DNA of 63,008 nt, the filler included, from Peribolospora baueri (Eukaryota), in NCBI GenBank assembly GCA_029717555.1. It is 3 parts of 3 records of this genome, joined end to end, with 100 filler letters (N's around TTAATTAATTAA, not from the genome) between each part and the next. Parts side by side here need not be neighbours in the genome. Positions count along the whole stretch, not along the records: positions 47,939 to 63,008 come from JAMDHS010000164.1; 2 more parts are not named here. One strand, given 5' to 3'. Position 1 is the stretch's first letter; each line of letters opens with the position of its first letter. The position numbers and the translations under genes are program-made. Shown here piece after piece: positions 52,215 to 63,008 of this stretch. Under the pieces are notes generated by a model. The model was not told where the DNA came from. It did not search any database and saw nothing but the letters and a program-made list of their open reading frames with translations.

Positions 52215-53465
52215 TATGTAACGGAGGTAGCCCTATGTCACACACGCTGCGCATCCTCGACGTATCCTTGCCCGGCGACGCACAACTTCATTTGACACTG
52301 CTGGCGCAAAGTTTCTTTCTTTCGGCACGGTCAACACATAGAGGAACCGCGCGTGTGAATTCAAAACCGACGAAGCTGCGCGGCTGGCGAAACCGAGCAG
52401 CGCGCCGACGACGACGAAATGAAAAGACAAGGCGGCCATCGATAGAATGGACGGCAAGGGAGGCGGCGGGAGGGGGCTTCTAAAATACATCGTTCTACCG
52501 CCGGTGCGGGAGGGGGGTGGAGGGAGAGAAGAAAGGAGCCGCCGAGTCGCGTTGCAAGGCGCGGAGCAGCGAGGCCCCGATAGGAAGTGCAAATGAAGAG
52601 GTAGGGGACATGCCAGAGGGTATCGGTGATGCGTCGTTCGTTCTCCTGCCCAAACCTAGGCTTCGTCAGGGAGTAGTCGTCCTGCGTCCTTTTTAAGATA
52701 GCCAGCAGCGCGCAGCCGAATAAGGGGCCACGGCACGGGCCAAGGAAAAAAAGAGAAACGTCTATAACGGTGGTGTGCGATGCGAGATGCGATGCGACCG
52801 TGCGAGAAGTGCTGAGCAAGCAAAGTCTTGTTTGTGATGAAGAGCGAAAGAGGACGGAGATGACAGAACGTGCGAGGTGTATTGTGGACTCCGTGATAAT
52901 TCGTCCGCCCTGAAAGTGCTTGCTCTTGGAGATCGCGTCGCGTCTTGTGCGTGCTGACCGAATACACTACCATCTAATGGATGCGGAAAGGAGGCCGTTC
53001 GTCTAGTGAAAGAGACGGTTGTTGGTGTGTGTCGTCGATCAGACCGGAATGATACAGCTATAGACGCAAGTGTTGCAGAACGGTGGAGAAACTTGACGGT
53101 GACGTGTCGAGGCGCTAGGATGTGACTCGAGAAGTAGCCACCGATGTCGACGAAACGGATGATGAGAAAACGACGAACGGTTGACGCCGACCGTGCTCTG
53201 CCAGCCTTGACGTTATGATGCACCGGAAAAAGAAGATGTAAACCCGCCGAGAAGGGAAGAACGATGGCAGCACCGTGTATACGCGCTGCTGCGAGAGACC
53301 GTCAAGAAAGGAAGGCGGTATGGAGAGTCGAGAAGAGTTCAGGGGCCGAACTGAGACCGAAGAGGAAGGACGTCGAGAAACCGAGAAAACCGAGGGCGAT
53401 GCCGGAAGGCGAGGACGGGGGAGTACCAGTCCTCTGCGACAAACGGCTGAGCTGCACGTGGCCAT

Positions 53466-55753
<2,288 letters not shown>

Positions 55754-57072
55754 GATGTGAGCAAAGAGGAAAGTTTTTTGGGACGAACGGATTCGTCGAG
55801 TGTGGCGAGAGGAAAAGAGGGATGTGGGGGTGGCGGGGGGGGAGGGGATGGATGGTCGTGAAGGTGAGAGAAAGGAAAGGGAAACGCGCCATTTGACGGC
55901 GTTGAAAAACTTTGGCCACGCCACAAAGTCCATTTATTGCCGCGTATGTCCGCTCGCCCCTCGGAACGGTCCGCTCGAGCCACGTTTGCTCGATCGAGAG
56001 ACGAGGCAATCCGGTCCTATTAACAACGCCAGAAAAAAACCGTCGGCTGCTCAAGATGAGTACCGAGGATGACGAGATGAGAGCGCAAGGTTGAGGGATG
56101 GGAAAACTATTTTTAAAGCATAGTTTGTTGAACAGTTTGACCGTGTAGAGTTTTCGTGATGTCCCCGGCGGTCAAGTAGAGAGCGAGTGGCGACTCGATT
56201 TCGAGGTGATCAGAGACGTACGACGGTCATCGCACTGCTAACACCGCCGTGAACCCGCTGCTTGAGCCCGTCGCCTCCTTCATTCTTTCTCACACAGTTT
56301 TTGCTCGTCCAAACAGACCTGCCAGGGAACCTCGCGAGCTCCCCCCAATCTCTCCGGTCCTGCTCGTAGGGCCGACGCTCGCTGACCGGTGGCAAAGCTG
56401 GGAGAACTGAAAAAAGGAGGAAACTCGTTGCAGACGGTGTTCAGCCATCAGCTACTTCGACCGGCTGACCTCGGTGTTGTACTTTGGCGTAGTTAGGCCG
56501 TGCCTACGCGGTATGTAGCTGAAGAGAGCGAGAGTAATGACAGTCATCGGAGCTCCAAATGTGACCGATGTGGAAGAGTGGGACGTATGGGTATGGAACA
56601 GCGCCGGTAGGATTCAAAATCAACGTGGAGGTCTCACACCGGTCCTGCAAAGTCCAACACACCGCCGTACACACGTTGGCGTACATATGTGTCGCCCAGT
56701 GTTCAACGTAGTTAACTGCGCCCGCAACATAAAGGGCACTGATCCTTCAGCAGACGAGCCTCGCACGGCCAACGAAGAGGAGGGGGTCAAGTCGCCCAAT
56801 GAAGGGAGTTGCCACAAGCAATCGAGCGAGCCTTCAAGGTGGTGTTGCCACCTTGACTCACTCGTTGAACACGCTGAGACAAGCAGCTGGTAGAGCGAAG
56901 TGGTTGGACGGAGAAGGGGGACGGATGTTAAGCGCTCGCGCGGGCACTGCGGTTCGCGCGTCAGCGACAGAGCGTCAGTCTTCTCGGCTCTCGTTTGGAC
57001 AACACATCGAAGTCGAAACACGACGCTCTCGTTCTCGTTCTTGAAACTCAGGCTCCTTGCTCCTTCCAGTCC

Positions 57073-58017
57073 ATGACGAGACTCCAAGCGGCGCCTGTAG
57101 AGCTAACCCTCGCCCTGCTCAAGCCCAGCTTATGTTCCTATCGACCTGACGTATCGGAAGTGCTCAAAGCAATCAAGGCTGACGGTTTCGAGGTGCGTAC
57201 CTGCTGTGGACGGTCGGTCGGGCGCTGTGCGTGGATGGGCAAGTGTCTGTGCCGTATGAAAAGAGTACGCAAGTCAATCGTAGCTTGGGAAGCGCTGCTT
57301 CCCTCGGCGCCGCACCTGTTCATGCGGTTGCGTACGTGCTCAGTTACTGCACCTACTCCATCTGTGTATGCAGTCGCCGCTGAGCACGCATGCGCTCTAC
57401 AGCCACCTACGCCAGACCTCGCTGACTGCCTCCCTTTCCGATGTATGTCGTCACGGCCCGCGCGGGCTCTCACAGATCGTCGAGCAGAAGCGACTCTTCT
57501 GGAAGCGACAGCAAGCGGAAGAGTTCTATCGAGAGCACGAAGGCCGATTCTACTATGATCGCCTCGTCGCCGGCATGACATCGTGAGTCCTCACACTTCG
57601 AAAAGAATCTTCGCCGCCGTCTGACCAAGCCGTCCGTCGTCTTCATCCCTTCTTCTGTCATCTCAGCGGACCTTCCGTGGCCCTGGCACTCGCGAAGCAG
57701 TCTGCCATCAAGGACTGGCGCGCACTGCTCGGGCCGACAAAGGTGTACAAGTGAGTTAGTTACCACCCAATGTCCACGGAGCGGCCAGGCAACACGAGCA
57801 GCACCAGCAGTGACTGACAAAAGCGACTCTGCTCCTGCTCCCCCGTTGAGAAAGGACAAAGTGGTACGAGCCCTCAAGTCTGCGAGCTCGATACGGCTTG
57901 ACAGACACCCGGAATGCCTTTCACGGCTCCGATAGCCACGAGAGCGCGTCAAGAGAGCTCGCGCTCGTGTTCGGTCGGGCAGAGGGTACCGACGGTGCCG
58001 TCGAGGGCAAAGCGTAG
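57073..58017 (+). CDS. Nucleoside diphosphate kinase, NME6-like (multi-exon)
   Basis: ELTLALLKP, AEEFYREHEGRFYYDRLV..MTSGP, WRALLGPTKVY and LRARYGLTDTRNAFHGSDS. The start codon is uncertain. Confidence 0.8.
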
Positions 58018-58085
58018 CAAGACCACTGGGACAACGAGACGAGTGCTTACCTCCGGACCGTCGATCTAATTGGAGGACGGATGGA

Positions 58086-59353
58086 TCAAATCCGGCGACA
58101 TCCGCTGTGGCTAGTAAACACGATAGAGAACCACCCTCCTCGTTGCGCCGAATGCAAGTCTCGAGCCACAATGGGACCGGCCCTCGCGTCGAAGCTCAAC
58201 GTGAGAGAGGGCGCGCTGTCAACAGACCTTGACCTCCACTCGCAATATCGCAGGCGACATCTTGACCGCCGACGTAGCGTCTCTCTCTGACTCTGACCAT
58301 GATCCAGACTGCCTCGTCCAGGATCTACACCTCTGCCGAAGACACCGGGCGTCCATCCACCGCCGTCTGGGGTACTTCTTGACCTGGCGTGGGAAAGAAC
58401 CCTATGGCCGAGGTTGAGTACGGCATCCCGACCTTGCTGCATGGGTGTTGTTGGCCTCGAGATTTTTGTCCGCGAAGTGCGGCCCGAATCCGCCTCGTGA
58501 TAGGGGAGGAAGTGGAGGTTTAAAAAATGCTGGTCATCGGGTGGGAAAGGGAGGACAAAAAAAGGAAATAGGAAGTTTATTCCGAAGGAGCAGGATGAGC
58601 CGAAAGAGTCCGAAGTCGAACGAAGATCTAGGTCGTTGTTGCCGCCTGCGTGCATCAGGGGAATCGTAAGACTTGGTTCGCGCAGGAGAAAAAAAAGGTG
58701 AGCTTTGGGACAGCAGTCAAGCAGGCCGAACTCGATCACGGCCACTCACTGGTCCACCATCTTCTTTTTTCCCCGCGCCTCTATCCGCATTTCATGTGTG
58801 ATGCAGGCAGTAATGACGTCGTTCACGTCTCCGTCGGCGAACGTGGGAGGGACGGGGAGCTGGCGCATACTAGACCTGGTGACTTGTATGGAGGTATTGA
58901 CTATGCTGGACGGGTATGTCGCGGAGAAGGGGAAGACGTACGTCCTTCCGGGGTGTAGCGTCGGTTCTGGACCATGTCCATGTCTGCCTGGCGGAGAGGG
59001 GAGAATCTGTGAAACGGGAGAAGAGGCGTTGATGGGCAGGGGCATCCTCGGGACGACGACCAGGGCGAGATCTGGGCGCGACACATCACCGCCGTGGCCT
59101 CGCCCTGGACGACGGTTCCACACAACCAGTCCTTGGCCGTCCCGACGAGCTGGGGAGGGGGCCGGCGGAAGGGACAGGGGTCGAGATGAGATCCTTGAGC
59201 AGCGCTTCCACACATACTCTCGCTGCCTCGCCCCGCCCTATCCTTCTTTAACAGACGGGCGTCGTCGAGGTCATGGTGATGAAGGGAGGCGATGGGCTCG
59301 AAGCCGAAGCCGAAGCCGGGGCCAAGGGAGGACCCGGGGAGACAGTCGGCCAT
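58086..59353 (-). CDS. Hypothetical multi-exon protein, possibly arrestin-like; boundaries uncertain
   Basis: Exon 58746-59150 reads LHPGRTYVFPFSATYP..LPVPPTF and ends at a GTGAGT donor. This is only a weak resemblance to the arrestin N-domain. Confidence 0.3.
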
Positions 59354-59770
59354 GGTCGGCTCGAGAGAAAGAGGTCGGGGGACGACGAGGGCGAGGCTGT
59401 TTCGGTCATCTGCATGAAATAGAAGGCGTGATGAGGTGGTGGAGGTGGTGGTGGATGCGAGGATGGCGGTGCAGTCGAGAGCGTTGCTGTGCGTCGTCGA
59501 GCGTCGAGCGATATGACATTATGTATGTAATCCAGTTGCCGAGATAACTGTTCTGAACCACGTGGCTCATTGAATGAACGACGTTACGAGCACGCCGCTT
59601 GGCACTAGTTGCCGTCTTTGCCTGACAAGCGTGCCGTGCCGAAAGCGGAACCAGCGCTCATACAAAATCTCCCTCTAAGATAAGTACCATCATCGGCCTC
59701 CCACTCAGCCAAGCAGCAAGCACCTCACGACCACCGACGACCATCGACATACGTACGACGTACAACCAAA

Positions 59771-62767
59771 ATGGGCACGACTCCAGATCGCGGCCGTGAC
59801 CTCAGAGGCAGACACGACGCTTCCCAGGTCTTCGTCGACCTCGCCGCCATACCGTCCATCGCCGGCGCAGCGTTCACCGAGTCTGAGGACGACGCGGTGG
59901 GTGAGTCGCGCACGCCGGCATCGGCATCGTACGAGGGTCGTACAAAGAAAGAGCTTGCATGAACATTATGCCGACGCCCTGGCAGCTCATCATCCCGCTC
60001 TCTCCCCGTGTCGTGTGATGATGACCAGCCGTGCGCGTCACAGTCACGGCGCGCGATGACCACCTCAAAACGAGACGGTCGCTCGCCTCCGACGTCCTCG
60101 TCTCCTCCCTGTCCACCGAACGACCTAGAGTGCACGCCCCTTCCCCTCCCACCGACCTTTCCTCCGCCCTCGTCACCTCCATCTCCCCTTCTGGCCGTCG
60201 TCACGCCGTCCTCAGGGAGCAACGCAAGGAGGGCGGCGGAGAGAGCGAGAAGAGGCGGTTCGTGGAGGTTTGGCGGAGCGACGGAAGACTCATTCGGAGG
60301 AAGGAGGTGTCAGACGTTCATCTCGAGTTCTACACGGACAGTGAGTAGCGTTGCCTGCCGTCCCTCGTTCCTAAACCCACCTCGTCGACGCTTTCGTTTT
60401 ATCATCTCGCCCGGCAAGACACTCTCGGCGGCTTGTCCTGGCATCCCGACGAGACCGCTCTTCTCTACGTCGCTGAGGCCAAGCCACCCTGGTCTTCCAA
60501 GGATCCAAGCTCGGAGAAGGAGGACTTTCTGCGCAGACACCACTACGAACCACATTTCGGAGAGCGCTTCGTCGGCAAGAAACGGCCCACCGTGTTCCTC
60601 ATGCGATGGGCAGAGAAGGAGGACGGTTCGGAGGAAGATGCATTCACGCTAGCCGAGGGATGGAAAAGGAAGGACGACGACGACGAGCCCGTCCTCGCCG
60701 CCTTGGTCCCGACTTCCTGTGCCTCTCCAGATGAGACCCTCCCGGAAGGCATCGTCTTTGGCCAGCCCGTGTTCTCTCATGCTCCTCCACCTGCAGACGA
60801 CCTCTCGTCCACACCGCTTCGTCTTTTCGTCACCGGTTACGAGCTCCTGGCCGACGGACGGCGTCTCGGTATCGTGTATTGCACCAACCGGCCCACCAGC
60901 GTGTGGGAGTTCGAAGTTGTCAAAACGTCCTCCGCTCACGAGCAGGAGCAGGCCTCCGGCGATGGTGCGAAAGGAGTTGGTAAACAGGAACAGGACCTGG
61001 CCCGTTCCGAGGTGCGAGCAAGGATGGTGTCGTCGCCGGAACGCTCTGCGCGCTCTCCTCGCGTCTTCGTCGGCTCTCCTTCGGCACCGCAGTCGCCTTC
61101 TTTGCTCGTCTACATCTCCAACGCTCGCGGAGGACCCCATGCGTCTTGTTCTCAGCTCCACGTCGTCCCGCTGTCTTCTGCCGGCGCCGCCGTCGCCGAA
61201 GACGGCAGAGTGATCGTGGACGTGGTCGACGTTCCCTCGGCCACCGGCACCGACACGCTTCCCCCCGGATGGCCAGGCTTGTACGTGGACCAACTGCCGG
61301 ACAGACCTTTCCTGACCTTGGCTTCGCCAGAAACCGACGGCGCTCCTCGGGCGCATATCATCGTCGCTTCGATCTTCCGCTCCCAGCGTTTGCCAATTCT
61401 CATCGATTTCCATTCCGGTCGCCTTCAGACCCTCCTTCCGTCCTTGTCCCAAGAAGATGCCCGAAGAAGCTTCAACGTCCTCGGAACCGACGGACGCGGT
61501 CGTGCGCTCGTGTTGGAAAACGCGCCGAACAAGCCGGGTCGTTTGAGCGTGGTGCAAGTCAAGGTCAAGGTCGACGCTCGACGCTCGGGCTCGGGCTCTG
61601 TGGACGCGGTGTGGCTCACCGTGTGGAATCCGATGCTTTCTAAACGAAGTAAGTCGTTTGTTGAAGAACCGGGCGGAGGCTGGTGCGTGACGCTCAAATA
61701 CGGTCTTATGTTGTCCCATGGTCTGGGCCAGTCCAAACATCCCTCGCCAGGCTGTCGTACCAAATCGTCGCGCTCGAACACCGACCTTACCCCGTCGAGC
61801 TTCTCCTCATCGTACCAGCGGAAGCGAAACCAACGCCACCGGACTCGTCGAGCCCAGCAAGCGCCGCCGCGGCATCCCCCCGCCCCTGTATCCTCATACC
61901 CCACGGTGGACCTCACTCCACCTTTTGCACTGACTTTTCCGCCAACTTTGCCGCCCTTTCCGTGTTGGGCTATGCGGTCTGCGTGGTCAACTACGCAGGC
62001 TCGCTCGGCTTTGGTCAACGGTCTGTAGAAGCGCTGGTAGGCAAGTGCGGCGAGCTGGACGTGGAAGACTGCCTGGCGGCAGTAGACTGGCTGGCAAAGA
62101 ACGAGGACCACGGCGGGAATCTCTACTACGTGTCGGGAAGTCACGGCGGTTTCCTCGGGCTTCACCTCGCCACAAGACGCCCCGAGGCGTTCCGCGCGAT
62201 GGCGCTTCGGAACGGTGTGTTCGACCTCGGTCTCAATGTGGGCGTGACCGACAGTGAGTGGATGTGGATGCATCTCCACGCGCTACTACTGGCTGACCTG
62301 ATCCCTCGTGTCCGCTCCTTGCCGTCTTCGATGGCGCTCGCCTATAGTCCCTGACTGTGAGCGAATCTTTCACCGCCTTGTGCGACTCGACTTGAGACGG
62401 TTTAGCTAAGATGTCGTTTCACTCGAACTTTGCAGGGTGTTACGCCGAGTTCGGTCTTGCCTATCCCTTCGCTTCCCCGCCCTCCATCCTCCCTCCGCCC
62501 ACCTACGAGCATATGCAAGCCGCGTCGCCGATCACAAACCTCTCTCGTGTGACGAGCGCAGTGCTGATCCTGGCAGGCGCGACGGACCAGCGAGTGCCTC
62601 CTGCGCAGAGCCAACGGGTGTACCACGCGATGAAGGCGATGGGAAAGAAGGTGGATATGCTCTGGTTCGATGGCCCCGGTAGTGGACATGCGCTCGACGG
62701 CGTGGAGATTGAGACGGCCGCGTGGGCGGCGACGTGGGAATGGTTTCGCAGCGCTGGGGGGCTGTGA
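59771..62767 (+). CDS. Acylamino-acid-releasing enzyme (S9C prolyl oligopeptidase family, APEH; multi-exon)
   Basis: LYVAE, LGIVYCTNRP, RSARSPR, GGPHASC, IPHGGPH, VNYAGSLGFGQ, SGSHGGF (Ser), DQRVP (Asp) and GHAL (His). Confidence 0.88.
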
Positions 62768-62973
62768 TCGGGACCGGGGGGGGGGGGGGTTCGACGGCGC
62801 ACCGTCTTTCCTAATGATAATCTCGTGGTCCACAGGTACGGGGTACGATGTCATTTATTACATGCGATATCAACGAGTCTACTCAGGGAGGGGCAAGGAG
62901 CGACATTGTTCGTCTTCATGCCGTCGTCTTACTTCGTGTTGACCTGCAGCCGCTGTGCCTCGAACCGGCGCAG

Positions 62974-63008
<35 letters not shown>

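Noticed and set aside
56280..56900. Possible small spliced minus-strand gene between DED1 and the NDPK
   Set aside because: Splice-like signals are present, but there is no coherent model or recognisable product.

Overview
Eukaryotic, GC-rich, intron-rich DNA that is most likely from a basidiomycete fungus (GT-AG introns with CTRAC branch points, Zn2Cys6 factor, fungal housekeeping genes). Two scaffold gaps carry an artificial TTAATTAATTAA spacer. Housekeeping blocks contain a Zn2Cys6 transcription factor, ProRS, EXO70, PrxQ/DOT5, RKI1, RPL31, a TFIIIC delta subunit, DUF4112, a CUE1-like protein, a PDK1/PKH kinase, DED1, an NME6-like NDPK and APEH. These are interrupted by accessory islands (about 14.6-17.3 kb, 22.2-33.8 kb, 42.3-43.0 kb, 50.4-52.2 kb) of scrambled transposon and gene relics. 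The most interesting items are: (1) an intact 3-exon, 269-aa gasdermin-like gene next to near-identical 135-bp TPR repeats of the fungal TPR-CHAT protease type, a candidate protease-gated cell-death module; (2) an intronless bacterial RtcB2-type RNA ligase with an N-terminal doublecortin/ubiquitin-like domain; (3) recurring fold-back inverted duplications in unrelated relics; (4) a possible non-AUG mitochondrial extension on RKI1. All family calls come from motif recognition by eye, and no searches were run.
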